Assembly (NCBI GenBank): GCA_963704905.1
Contig: CAVPHZ010000001.1
Location: forward strand, 131,438 to 195,437
Source: Candidatus Chisholmbacteria bacterium
GTDB taxonomy: Bacteria > Patescibacteriota > Microgenomatia > UBA1400 > Chisholmbacteraceae
Length of the DNA: 64,000 bases
Reading direction: 5' to 3'
The position numbers were made by a program, and so were the translations under genes. Shown in pieces: positions 40,050 to 49,622 of the stretch. The notes below the pieces were generated by a model. It had not been told where the DNA came from. It ran no database searches and saw only the letters and a program-made list of their open reading frames with translations. Every line of letters starts with the position of its first letter. Within the stretch, counting starts at the first letter, position 1.

Positions 40050-40412
40050 TTATGCCTTTAACAGCGATTCAACTTGTTTTACATCGTTTTTGATCTGATC
40101 CGTGAGCTGCCTGGCTGAAGAAAACTGTTTTACCGGCCGAAGGTAGTGTTTCAGCTCAAAGGTAATTGAGCTAACCTGTTTAACTTCTTGAAAGTTGAGT
40201 ATAAATATTTCCAGTGAAACTTGCGGATCGGCATAGGTGGGAATGGGACCAAAGTGCAGCGCGCCTTTGTATCTTTTCCTTCCAATCCACACCCAGCAGG
40301 CATAGATGCCATGCTTGGTGTTCAGCGAGGTGGGAATTTGAAGATTAACGGTCGGGAAGCCGAGCTTTTTTCCTCTCCCCTTGCCTTTGATGAGCAGGGT
40401 ACGGTATTTCAT
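40050..40412 (-). CDS. Riboflavin kinase (monofunctional RibF C-domain-like)
   Basis: GRGKKLGFPTVNL, GIYACWVWI, HFGPIPTY motifs. 120 aa. Confidence 0.7.
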   Translation of the reverse strand: MKYRTLLIKGKGRGKKLGFPTVNLQIPTSLNTKHGIYACWVWIGRKRYKGALHFGPIPTYADPQVSLEIFILNFQEVKQVSSITFELKHYLRPVKQFSSARQLTDQIKNDVKQVESLLKA

Positions 40413-41314
40413 GCGTTTGGTTTATTGAGTTTGGACACCTGGTAGACCGCAAACAGCAGGACTCCTGCCGCCAGGTACTGCGACAGTTTGAGCAGATTGT
40501 GATAGTAAATCAGGTCAATGGCAACTGCGGTCAAAGGAAAGACGAGTTCAAGGAGTGTGGATATTTTCACTTGCGTCTGCTTTAATCCTCGATAATAGAT
40601 CCAGAGCGCGACCATTCCGGTTGATAGGGCGATAATCAGCAAACGGACGAGCTGGCCTCCGGTTACGATACTCAGCTGTTTGTAATTTCCCAGCAGGAAG
40701 ACGGCGGCAAAGGCTAGCGGAGTGGTAAGCAAAAAACGCAGGCCGGTCATAGTGGTATGGGAAAGTTTGCGCAAACCAAACCGGGAAAATGCCGTTGATG
40801 TGCCCCAGGCAAAGGCGGCGCCGACAGCCATCAGCGCGGCGGTGGCTGTTCCCGCACCGGCATCCAGCAGAACTTTTCCGTCGGGAAAGGTAACAAAATA
40901 AGCGGCGGCAAGCGCCAGCACTGCCCATTTTCCGTAGTTCTTTGATATGCTCTCCTTAAGGAGTATCCTGGCGGCAATGACCGCGAAGATGGGCTGGAGT
41001 TTTTGCAGCAAGAAAACAACGGAGAAGGAGATAAAATTGACTTTCACCAAGGCTGCGGTAAACAGCAGTGTACCGGCAACCCCGGAGAGCAGACTGATCC
41101 AAATCAGTGCTCCCCATTCTTTGCCTGAGATCTTTTCTTTGGATAGTTTCGGTAAGGCGAATGGAGCAATGAGCAGTGCTCCTATTGCGTGTTCATAAAA
41201 GACGATCACGGAGGGTGGCAAGGAAAACAAACTCCTGCGCAGGATGCCGTCTATCCCCCAAAGCACAGCAGCAATGATGATGAATGCCGGACCGATATTG
41301 TTGATTTTCCTCAT
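40409..41314 (-). CDS. EamA/DMT-family transporter
   Basis: 301 aa, 10 TM, two EamA-like halves. GC-rich. Confidence 0.55.
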   Translation of the reverse strand: MRKINNIGPAFIIIAAVLWGIDGILRRSLFSLPPSVIVFYEHAIGALLIAPFALPKLSKEKISGKEWGALIWISLLSGVAGTLLFTAALVKVNFISFSVVFLLQKLQPIFAVIAARILLKESISKNYGKWAVLALAAAYFVTFPDGKVLLDAGAGTATAALMAVGAAFAWGTSTAFSRFGLRKLSHTTMTGLRFLLTTPLAFAAVFLLGNYKQLSIVTGGQLVRLLIIALSTGMVALWIYYRGLKQTQVKISTLLELVFPLTAVAIDLIYYHNLLKLSQYLAAGVLLFAVYQVSKLNKPNA

Positions 41315-41450
41315 ATTGGCTAGCTATCACCATAGCATATTTTTGGAATTCTCCTCCCCACCTTGCACTGTAATTGTTTAAACATGGTCTGATTCTTTTT
41401 TTTGAATTCTACTCAACTTCTCCCTGTTTGTGTTATATACTTGATCTCTG

Positions 41451-42206
41451 ATGACACTTGAATTAGAACAAGGCTCTCAGCTTCTTTCCCGTATTCAAGG
41501 TATCTTCCGCAATAAAAAAACATGGTATTCCGACGCTCCAGAGGGCGGGTTTGATTGGAAGCAAAGCGTTCAGAAGGTTGCCACACAACTCCGAGGCGAA
41601 ATTGGCTGGGGAGATGCCTCTCAGGTTCCAACGGCAATTGAAAATGCATTTTCACCCGAAAGCCTGACGCGCGTGGAAGGAGAGCATCCTGAACCGCTGA
41701 TTGCCAGAGCACATGAACTCGTCAAACAGTACAACGGTGATCTCTATGTGTGGACGGTTGGCGACCCTGAATGGCAGCGAACCAAATTTCAGCGCTGCGG
41801 TATTGGTGAGTATGTTGATGAGGCTCATTATTTGCGCTCTTCCGCTGGGAAGGGAAATCGTCTGCGTGAGCTTCTGGCTGAACTCAGCCTGGCAACAGGC
41901 AATGACCGAACCACATTTGTGTATGTAGTCGATGATAAGCCGGAAAATTTAGCAGCGGTCATGCAGATGGCTGGTGAATTTAGGAACTCCGGAGTCCAGC
42001 TGGGTAACTATCACATGAAGCTTGATGACCCGCTCGCTGATGCGACTGCATGTTTTCAATATCTTGCAGAAAGAATGAAAACCCATGCCGAGGCGGGAGA
42101 GAAGCCCGTTCTAGTCTTTGATCAAGATGGTGTGCTCACGGACACAGACCGGACTCTATTTGAAGTGGCAAGCAGAAATATTCTTGAACTGGCAACCAGA
42201 AAATAA
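41451..42206 (+). CDS. Hypothetical protein (HAD-like DxDGVLTD motif at the C-terminus)
   Basis: 251 aa. C-terminal VLVFDQDGVLTDTD resembles HAD motif I but is at an atypical position. Confidence 0.35.
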   Translation: MTLELEQGSQLLSRIQGIFRNKKTWYSDAPEGGFDWKQSVQKVATQLRGEIGWGDASQVPTAIENAFSPESLTRVEGEHPEPLIARAHELVKQYNGDLYVWTVGDPEWQRTKFQRCGIGEYVDEAHYLRSSAGKGNRLRELLAELSLATGNDRTTFVYVVDDKPENLAAVMQMAGEFRNSGVQLGNYHMKLDDPLADATACFQYLAERMKTHAEAGEKPVLVFDQDGVLTDTDRTLFEVASRNILELATRK

Positions 42207-42267
42207 CGCTTCTCGTTATTGAAATTTATATACCAGTGCCGGTTTTTTTCCACCAGATGAGGGAACG

Positions 42268-42600
42268 TGGTAGAATGCGGCGCATGAGTGGAAATCCGGA
42301 ATGCGCTCTCTATCTCTCGGTCCGCAGGCAATCGGTACGGATGGTACCCGCATGTGAAATCCCGATGGTACAGTCTGGGAGTCAAACCTGTGATCATTTT
42401 TTCGGTACACCGCAGAACATCGTCAACGGTGCCAGAGATGTGACAAATTCCTGCCGGAGAGCTGTTGAGGCTCGATACGCTCCACCGATTGAAGCCACTT
42501 TTCCTGAATAACTTTTCCTTTGTTCTGGCATTCGTTTTCTTTTTTTATATCCGAAACCCGAGGTCGTATTATCTGTATCTTTAGTTATCCCTGGTAGTAT
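42268..42600 (+). ncRNA. Candidate structured leader RNA (FMN-riboswitch-like motifs), tentative
   Basis: Extended -10 TGGTAGAAT at 42270. A 330-nt GC-rich region open in all frames. Two GTGRAAATCCSGA elements and ACAGTCTGGGAG resemble the FMN-element half-sites. Confidence 0.25.
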
Positions 42601-42637
42601 TAAATAAATACCTGAGGTAACATGGTAGAATTTATTT

Positions 42638-43108
42638 ATGTTCGATAACAACCTTCTGCGAAAATTGAGAATTGGATTTCTGTTTTCAGGTGTTCTCGTT
42701 TCCTGGACCACTACCCTGGCTGCGTTTATGAACTTCTATCGCCTTGAGGGAACGCTGTTTAAAATCAAGGACTGTATCATCCCCAATCCGGTAACTACCC
42801 CGTGTTTCTGGGGAGCGTTGGCGTTTATGGGCGCCTTGATCTGGTCGCTGTATCTGTTGAAGAACAATAATGAAAAATCAGATCGGTATCTGTTTTATTT
42901 TCTCATCGGTTGTGTGATTTTTGCCTGGGGCAATTTTACGGTTGAGCTTATGGGAATAACTCCAAAACCAGGTGCATTGATCGCACCTTGTCCTGCAACC
43001 GGTACCAATCCGTTTCTTTCCGCCTGCTTCTTCGGTTCTGTTTTGTTTACTTTATCCTTGACAACGAATTTCTTTATACAAAGAAAGGGTTCGGGCAGTT
43101 CTGCTTAA
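42638..43108 (+). CDS. Small polytopic membrane protein (possible transporter component)
   Basis: 156 aa, 4 TM. Preceded by TGGTAGAAT 8 nt from the ATG (leaderless-type start). Confidence 0.45.
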   Translation: MFDNNLLRKLRIGFLFSGVLVSWTTTLAAFMNFYRLEGTLFKIKDCIIPNPVTTPCFWGALAFMGALIWSLYLLKNNNEKSDRYLFYFLIGCVIFAWGNFTVELMGITPKPGALIAPCPATGTNPFLSACFFGSVLFTLSLTTNFFIQRKGSGSSA

Positions 43109-43122
43109 CAGTTGGTAATTTT

Positions 43123-43920
43123 CTATAGTGCATCCAATCCAACCGCCTGTAAGTATGGCATCGGGTCTGCATACTCTCCTCGATTGCTGGGAGGTAGCAG
43201 ATCAGCCAGCGGCAGCATCATCAGATCCGCCAATTGTTGGGAATATATCTGCTGATCAGCGGAAAAAACAGCGTGCTGGGGGATTAACTCCGGAAGTCTA
43301 AATGGTTTTCCCACTTTTAATTCCGGATCGCCATATTCGGCATAGGTTATTCCCACCGGGAGATACGCTAGTCGGTGCTCGGGATCATAATCCGGAATAC
43401 GACCAAATCCCCGATTGGCCCGAAGTAAATTTTGCCCTTTACCCCTGGTTCCTTCGGGAGTGTATCCATACACTGAACCGGGACTAAGGAGATGCTCTCG
43501 TGAAGACTCTTTCAACTTGTCAAGCATTCTCAGTCTTTCTTCGTCTTGGTACACATCCTTTTCTCTATGCTGTACAACCGGTATCGGGTGGGCGTCTATT
43601 AAACGCAGAAGTCGAAATCCGGAAGCGGCTTTAAAATCTCTTCGAAAATCGTAATGTCTAATTCCAACCGGTGCGAGAAGCATGCGACTTTCTGGTAGAG
43701 ACGCTGCCACCAAACTGACCATCACCCATACATCTTTGTCGCTGGTGTGATTGAGGTAGATGACCAAACCGGACTGTTTGAGGTGCTCATTGGCTTGAGA
43801 TAGGTGATCATAACTCCGGGCAGTAACCTCCAGGTTATATTTTTTTTGGAAATACGGCCAAGTCCGGCTTCCGATTTCTTTGCGTATTCGATGTACCGGA
43901 CGCGGAGATCCCTCTTTCAT
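43123..43920 (-). CDS. Lysophospholipid acyltransferase (PlsC family)
   Basis: HX4D motif NHTSDKD and YTPEGTR motif III. Confidence 0.55.
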   Translation of the reverse strand: MKEGSPRPVHRIRKEIGSRTWPYFQKKYNLEVTARSYDHLSQANEHLKQSGLVIYLNHTSDKDVWVMVSLVAASLPESRMLLAPVGIRHYDFRRDFKAASGFRLLRLIDAHPIPVVQHREKDVYQDEERLRMLDKLKESSREHLLSPGSVYGYTPEGTRGKGQNLLRANRGFGRIPDYDPEHRLAYLPVGITYAEYGDPELKVGKPFRLPELIPQHAVFSADQQIYSQQLADLMMLPLADLLPPSNRGEYADPMPYLQAVGLDAL

Positions 43921-44130
43921 TTTTTTATATTAGCAGATAATTTACTCTTTTAACGTTGGGATATTTTCCTGGGATCCGATACGTTTTGGACTCTTTTTAT
44001 AAGCTTTATTTTCCCGATGTTCCTTTACAACCTCGTTTTTTGATAGTCATCCAGGATTTCAATATCTTTGGTATCTATTCGGTCTTTTCGCTTCTCCCAG
44101 GGGAAAGAAAGTGATAGAATTTTTTACACT

Positions 44131-44886
44131 ATGGCACAAGATTTTTACGATAAGGTTGCACAGAAGTTTGGCGGATATCATACCGATAGCCGGTATACCA
44201 CCATCTATCCCGGTGAACAGCCTGAAGAAGTCTTTAAACAAAAACTGCTAGAGCAAGCTGGAGCTGAAAAAAGTGTGCTCGATTTGGGTTGTGCTGATGG
44301 ACGATTTACCCTTTCACTTGCGCCAAACTTCAAGCAGGTCACAGCGATCGATATTTCTGAAGGGATGCTTCTCAGTGCCCGCAACTTGCAGGAAAACCAG
44401 CAGATAACCAATGTTGACTTTGTGAAGCAACATGCAGAAGCAACCACGTTTTCCGACGGACAATTTGATGTTGTCTACAGCCGGAGAGGTCCAACGCCTT
44501 ATGCTGAAGTATTTCGCATTTTAAAACCGGGTGGCAGTTTTATCATTATTGAAATCGGGGAAAAAGATTGCGTGGAAATTAAAAAGGTATTTGGGAGAGG
44601 ACAGAATTATGGAGGGTGGGATAAACCAAGATCTAAACGGGAAACAGATAAGGCAGAGGAGGTTGGCTTTGAAGTCGAGTTTATAGAAAATTATTACTAT
44701 AACGAATACTATAAAAGCTACAAAGACTTTGATCTGTTTTTGCAAGGAGTACCGATTTTTGAAGATTTTGATCCGGTTACGGATAAAGTACTTTTAGAAA
44801 CATACGTCCAAAAATTTGAAACCGAGCAAGGAATCCGACTTGAGCGCCATAGAGTTGTCTTCACACTTACTAAGCCACTTCTTTAG
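44131..44886 (+). CDS. Class I SAM-dependent methyltransferase
   Basis: VLDLGCADGRFT (motif I) and ILKPGG. Start placed at MAQDFYDKV, which follows a TGATAGAAT extended -10. Confidence 0.65.
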   Translation: MAQDFYDKVAQKFGGYHTDSRYTTIYPGEQPEEVFKQKLLEQAGAEKSVLDLGCADGRFTLSLAPNFKQVTAIDISEGMLLSARNLQENQQITNVDFVKQHAEATTFSDGQFDVVYSRRGPTPYAEVFRILKPGGSFIIIEIGEKDCVEIKKVFGRGQNYGGWDKPRSKRETDKAEEVGFEVEFIENYYYNEYYKSYKDFDLFLQGVPIFEDFDPVTDKVLLETYVQKFETEQGIRLERHRVVFTLTKPLL

Positions 44887-44991
44887 TGAGACTAATCTGG
44901 CATCTTCCATCTCAAACTCTTGTATACAACATTCTTGATACAAAATGCTGAATTAGTTGGGTGGTTCTGGTAAAATACGCGTAGAAAAATC

Positions 44992-45594
44992 ATGATCAGA
45001 CCAGAATTGATATCAGGGATTGAAGCGAAAGATTTAGGATTACCGATAGCTGAAATGCAGACGGCATTTCCGCTTGATGTTTATCCAGAGTTTGAGCTGA
45101 AAGGTTTCGCTGAAACGGGCCATCATCATTTTCCCAGCGTGCTCTTTGGAATTCGTCGAGGAAACGAGATAAGGCGCTATCCCCGACCTGAGATATCCAT
45201 CGGTTACGAAATTCTACCGAAATCGGCACAATTAAATTTGGAGATTTATTTTGATAATTTTGGAAACCCGATCGCCGCACCTCGGGCTTTTACGCTTATT
45301 ATTGAAAACTCGAGAAGGCGTATCCTTCACAAACTTCGAAACGCCCCAAAAGGCACGAGAATGGGATATCATAGTCCTGAAATTTCTGCTCTTTCGATTG
45401 CATTACCTGATACGAGATATACATTTGAACCTCGACCAGAAGAACCCGGACTACAAACATTTGCCTTAACTAGAGCAACTCTAGATAGTCCACCACAGTC
45501 TAATCTCTTACTTACTTTTAAAGAAGTTGATAGCGATGGTTTTGAACTGCTTCCGAATTCTTGGACAGTCTTGGAAGACAATTTATTTACTTAA
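44992..45594 (+). CDS. Hypothetical protein (last gene of GC-rich island)
   Basis: 200-aa ORF, GC-rich, no motif. Confidence 0.35.
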   Translation: MIRPELISGIEAKDLGLPIAEMQTAFPLDVYPEFELKGFAETGHHHFPSVLFGIRRGNEIRRYPRPEISIGYEILPKSAQLNLEIYFDNFGNPIAAPRAFTLIIENSRRRILHKLRNAPKGTRMGYHSPEISALSIALPDTRYTFEPRPEEPGLQTFALTRATLDSPPQSNLLLTFKEVDSDGFELLPNSWTVLEDNLFT

Positions 45595-45802
45595 TAAACT
45601 GAATAAGTCGTCTATCTAAGATCTGTCATCTATAATCTGTGATCTGATTTTTCCTACTTACTGAATTCGTATATTATTAGGGTATTTCGCTTTTCCCACC
45701 TGCCCGCCGGAGTTTCCGGCTGCGAAAACGGCTAGATCGCAGTCTTGAGTAAGCAGCGAAACGCATGGCGAGGGGCCAGAAAGAAAGTGGTAGAATTTTG
45801 TT

Positions 45803-46321
45803 ATGAAGAAAAAGTCTCGCAAGAGGAAAGCAATCTATGCCTTCATCGATAGTCAAAACCTCAGCCTAGGAGTGAAAAGCCTTGGGTGGAATCTCGATTT
45901 TGCAAAATTCAGAGTGTATCTCCGCGATAAATACAAGGTTGAGAAAGCGTACTTGTTTATCGGTCATGTTCCTGGAAATGAAAAACTTTATACCCACTTA
46001 CAAGAATCCGGGTATGTGGTTGTGTTTAAACCAACGCTTGAATATCGAAAAGGGAAGAAGGTTTTTACCAAGGGCAACGTGGATGCCGAATTGGTTCTCC
46101 ATACGATGATCAACCTCAAAACATTCCATAAAGCCATCATTGTCTCGGGGGATGGAGACTTCCATTGCCTTGTCGAGTATCTTCACAGCCAGAAGAAATT
46201 GGAAAAAATTATCGTGCCGAACAGCAAGTATTCTTCGCTGCTTCGAAAATTTGCTCAATATATCGTGCCGGTGGAGCTGTTTAAAAGCAAAGTAAAAGAA
46301 ACGAGAACATCCAGACAATAA
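45803..46321 (+). CDS. NYN-domain (LabA-like) protein
   Basis: AFIDSQNL...GNVDAELV...SGDGDF acidic residues in NYN nuclease spacing. Confidence 0.6.
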   Translation: MKKKSRKRKAIYAFIDSQNLSLGVKSLGWNLDFAKFRVYLRDKYKVEKAYLFIGHVPGNEKLYTHLQESGYVVVFKPTLEYRKGKKVFTKGNVDAELVLHTMINLKTFHKAIIVSGDGDFHCLVEYLHSQKKLEKIIVPNSKYSSLLRKFAQYIVPVELFKSKVKETRTSRQ

Positions 46322-46549
46322 AAAGAGAGGCATTCCCTCGGGACGGAACCCTTTGGTAGTCCTCTCATCGTGATGTCATTATTATAGCAGGTTGCAACAA
46401 CTTTTTCTTCTATGTTCAGTATTCTTTATTCAATATTCTATTAATCCTCTGTTGCCTGTCATACACCAGAAAACGAATACATTAATCACCTTTGGGATAC
46501 TTACCTGACATTAGACACTCTTGGGGATGCTGGCAGAGGTTTTTCGATA

Positions 46550-47059
46550 ATGCCATTTCATATTTTGTTCATGCTCGCATTGCAGTATAAAGTCTTAAGA
46601 ATAAACAAAATTTACGGAAAAGAATGTAAACTAATATTTTGTACTTCTGGATCGAGATACAAAAAAGAACTATTAAATCCAGCTCTATCCGTTTTTGACC
46701 TTGCGTTACTTAGCGAAAAGCATCTTCCAGAGTTTTTTCAGCTGATTGGTTTAGATGAAGACACAATAAGAACTATTAAGAAATTCATCAACTATCGAAA
46801 TGACAATCTCGCACATCCAAAGGGCGGAATTGAACAAAATCCTGAAGCAAGGATCACATCCTACATCGAAGTTCTTAAAAATATTCAGATCTTTATGCTT
46901 AGTCTAAACAACAAGGTTGCTAAAAAATGGATTGGTGAGATGGATCCTGGAGAAGCGGGAGTTGAATATATCGATCTGCATTTGGCAGAGGAATTTCTTT
47001 GTCCAGCTGACATGCAACAGGGTGAATTAGCGGAATTAGATAATAGATTAAACCACTAA
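46550..47059 (+). CDS. Hypothetical protein
   Basis: 169-aa ORF in AT-rich accessory island. No motif recognised. Confidence 0.35.
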   Translation: MPFHILFMLALQYKVLRINKIYGKECKLIFCTSGSRYKKELLNPALSVFDLALLSEKHLPEFFQLIGLDEDTIRTIKKFINYRNDNLAHPKGGIEQNPEARITSYIEVLKNIQIFMLSLNNKVAKKWIGEMDPGEAGVEYIDLHLAEEFLCPADMQQGELAELDNRLNH

Positions 47060-47180
47060 ACTTAATAATCAGATTATTTAACGACATTTACAAAACGAGG
47101 AGTCCTCCTCATCAATGTTGATAATCTCTCGAGAACGTAAAAACGTCCCAGGTACCCTGGGACTAAATTTTCCAGATCTC

Positions 47181-47200
47181 GTTTTTTCTGAAATTTCTCC
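47181..47200 (+). repeat. Island motif copy 1 (GTTTTTTCTGAAATTTCTCC)
   Basis: Core TTCTGAAAWTTCT, 25 nt upstream of TGCTATAAT and 66 nt upstream of the ATG at 47266. Confidence 0.7.
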
Positions 47201-47265
47201 CGTTTCCCCAAGTTTTGCTATAATACCCGAACTATATACGAATATTAATCGGTTCAGCCGTATTT

Positions 47266-47874
47266 ATGAAAATAAAAGGTTACTATCCGGACAAATTTTC
47301 CGAACATTTCTCTGTATTCGTGAGAAATGCTGAAAAAATTTCAGGTGCAATTTGGAAATCAGAAGAGATAAATGGTTCAAAAAAGAAAGTGGTCTCTTTT
47401 ACAGGACATCTTTCAGAGGAGGCTTTAAAAAATATTCCAGAAGATATCCGGTCTATTTTTTTAATATTTGTTTCTTTTGAAGTAATGTTTGACGAGGTAG
47501 CATATACTTACTTCCCGCTTGATTATCAATACTTTCAATCATTGACGTTGTTTCCTAAGTACTACTTTTGTGGACATGGACCTGTGGGCGAAGGAAGTCC
47601 TTTTGGTATTTACTTCTTGTTACCCAAACAATTCAGAATATTTTCTAAAAGAAGAACTTATCTAAAACAAGGACCACCGCAAGTTCAGAAAGCATACAAG
47701 ACTTATAAAGAATGTAGCAGAGAGTTTATCACATACATGAATGATTTCCTCAGCAAGCATACATTTACTGAAATGACCATGAGAAGAGTTAAAACAGTTA
47801 TTTTAAATGACAAAGATATATATAGAAATGTCTATGGAAGAGTCTTTCAATCAATTTTAAAGAATACGTTTTGA
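47266..47874 (+). CDS. Hypothetical protein
   Basis: 202-aa ORF preceded by repeat motif copy 1 and TGCTATAAT. Confidence 0.4.
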   Translation: MKIKGYYPDKFSEHFSVFVRNAEKISGAIWKSEEINGSKKKVVSFTGHLSEEALKNIPEDIRSIFLIFVSFEVMFDEVAYTYFPLDYQYFQSLTLFPKYYFCGHGPVGEGSPFGIYFLLPKQFRIFSKRRTYLKQGPPQVQKAYKTYKECSREFITYMNDFLSKHTFTEMTMRRVKTVILNDKDIYRNVYGRVFQSILKNTF

Positions 47875-47931
47875 TCAGGATCTCACAAGTTTGGAAGTTA
47901 ATACTTATTTACAACACTACCTTCCAAAAAT

Positions 47932-48615
47932 ATGCAAGAATATCCAATTGAAGTCATCGATAATCACATAACAATAAATATTAACGATAAAAAAGTGCTG
48001 CTTGATACAGGCTCTCCAAATAGCATCGGTAAATTTCAAAATATAAAACTTTTAGGCAAAGAATATACACTTTCAGATAATTTCATGGGAATCGATATTT
48101 TTCAGATATCAAATTTTATAGACAGAGATATTGATGCAATGTTGGGTGGGGATATTCTAAGAGAGTACTATTTTGTGATTGACTGGCAAAAACGGTTATT
48201 CAAGCTTTCCACGGAACAAATTTCTTTTGAAGGAATAGAAGTTCTGATTAAAGTAGCAATGAACATTCCGGTTGTAAATATCAAGATTAATAAAAAGTCT
48301 GTTAAAACATTTTTAGACACAGGTGCAAAAATATCCTACGTGGACCCATCAATTACTAATAAATATGATTCTATTGGAGAAGTTACTGATTATTATCCAG
48401 CCTTTGGCCAGTTCGAAACATCTATTTTTAAAATTCCCGTTTTTTTAGCAGAAAAAAATATTGATTTGGTATTTGGAACACTCCCTGATTCACTACAAAA
48501 TTCATTAATGATGGCAGGAACCCAAGGAATATTAGGAAATGATGTTTTTAACTATTTCAGTATATATTTTGAATTGTCGAGGGAACGTATATTTATGAAG
48601 GAAGTAGTTGATTAA
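47932..48615 (+). CDS. Two-lobed aspartyl protease-like protein (two DTG motifs)
   Basis: LLDTGSPNSIG and FLDTGAKISYV about 110 aa apart, like a pepsin/retropepsin fold. Confidence 0.45.
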   Translation: MQEYPIEVIDNHITININDKKVLLDTGSPNSIGKFQNIKLLGKEYTLSDNFMGIDIFQISNFIDRDIDAMLGGDILREYYFVIDWQKRLFKLSTEQISFEGIEVLIKVAMNIPVVNIKINKKSVKTFLDTGAKISYVDPSITNKYDSIGEVTDYYPAFGQFETSIFKIPVFLAEKNIDLVFGTLPDSLQNSLMMAGTQGILGNDVFNYFSIYFELSRERIFMKEVVD

Positions 48616-48660
48616 TTTAACCAGTTAGGCTTTTTAAATGCTGATTTTTATCTACATCTC

Positions 48661-48682
48661 GTTTTTTTCTGAAATTTCTCGG
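48661..48682 (+). repeat. Island motif copy 2 (GTTTTTTTCTGAAATTTCTCGG)
   Basis: Shares the extended ATCTCGTTTTTTCTGAAATTTCTC with copy 1. Upstream of the NERD gene. Confidence 0.7.
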
Positions 48683-48738
48683 ATGTCCTTCTTTTCTTTG
48701 TAATTACGTTCTTTCTTAATACCGTCTATGATATTAGT

Positions 48739-49467
48739 ATGAGCCGGTTTTTTGGAGGGGATAGTCAGTACTTAGTTCGGCAAAAGCAAAGACACAAACG
48801 AATATTGCTTCTTATCTTGATTGTTTCTCTTGCTATTTCAATTGCTATACCAATATTAAGTTTTCGTTATCGAAAGTTGCAGTATTTAAGTTATCCTCTT
48901 GCTGCATTTTCATTTGTTGGTTATCTTTGGATGAAAAAGACCGGCGACAAAAAGCTTCATTCAGCGCGCAGTTATGCAAAAGGAGCAAAAGGGGAAAAGA
49001 ACATTGGTTTGCTTTTACGCCGTTTGCCTGATGATTACCTTGTATTTCAAGATATCAAGCTTGAAAAAGATTCGGGAAATATCGATTTTGTAGTGGTCGG
49101 ACGCAAAGGCGTTTATGCAATAGAGGTCAAAAGCCATGCAGGAAATATCACGTATGAGAATGGACAGCTACTGCGGAATGGAAAATCATTGGAAACAGAT
49201 TTTCTCAAACAGACGATGAGTGAAGCCATGAATCTTCATGGTTTCTTATTAACAAAGTTGGGTAAAGACCTCTTTGTTTATCCAGTTCTTGTCTTCTCGC
49301 ATTGGAAAGCGCAAGTAAGATTTGGCGAAAAACCAATTGAGAAGGTTTACATTGTTCAATACCGCTGGCTGATAAATTTGATCACTGATCTAGAATCACA
49401 ATCTCACCACGCTCTTAATCAAGATGAGCTCAGCCAGATGCTAGAACCTCACCTCCATGAAGCTTGA
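48739..49467 (+). CDS. NERD-domain nuclease-related protein with N-terminal TM
   Basis: KGAKGEKNIGLLLRRLPDDYLVFQDIKLEKDSGNIDFVVVGRKGVYAIEVKSHAG matches the NERD core. Confidence 0.6.
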   Translation: MSRFFGGDSQYLVRQKQRHKRILLLILIVSLAISIAIPILSFRYRKLQYLSYPLAAFSFVGYLWMKKTGDKKLHSARSYAKGAKGEKNIGLLLRRLPDDYLVFQDIKLEKDSGNIDFVVVGRKGVYAIEVKSHAGNITYENGQLLRNGKSLETDFLKQTMSEAMNLHGFLLTKLGKDLFVYPVLVFSHWKAQVRFGEKPIEKVYIVQYRWLINLITDLESQSHHALNQDELSQMLEPHLHEA

Positions 49468-49502
49468 CACACCAGGAGTGGAATTCTCTTGACACATCGA
49501 AG

Positions 49503-49520
49503 CGTTTTCTGAAAATTCTC
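49503..49520 (+). repeat. Island motif copy 3 (CGTTTTCTGAAAATTCTC)
   Basis: Preceded by TTGACA. Upstream of brnT. Confidence 0.7.
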
Positions 49521-49622
49521 TTTTTTCTTATCCTCTTCATATCTAAATGTACAAAGTGTTATATAATTTATACCCATATCTTGATATGGCTATAATCATG
49601 GTAAACTATACAGAATAACTTT

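Noticed and set aside
40548-41198. Several ORFs of 60-126 aa inside and antisense to the EamA transporter gene
   Set aside because: Artefacts of high GC content in the island. Arg/Cys-rich nonsense translations.
42216-42711. Four overlapping ORFs of 64-105 aa in the gap before the 42638 membrane gene
   Set aside because: All frames are open because the region is GC-rich non-coding leader. Reported instead as a candidate riboswitch-like RNA.
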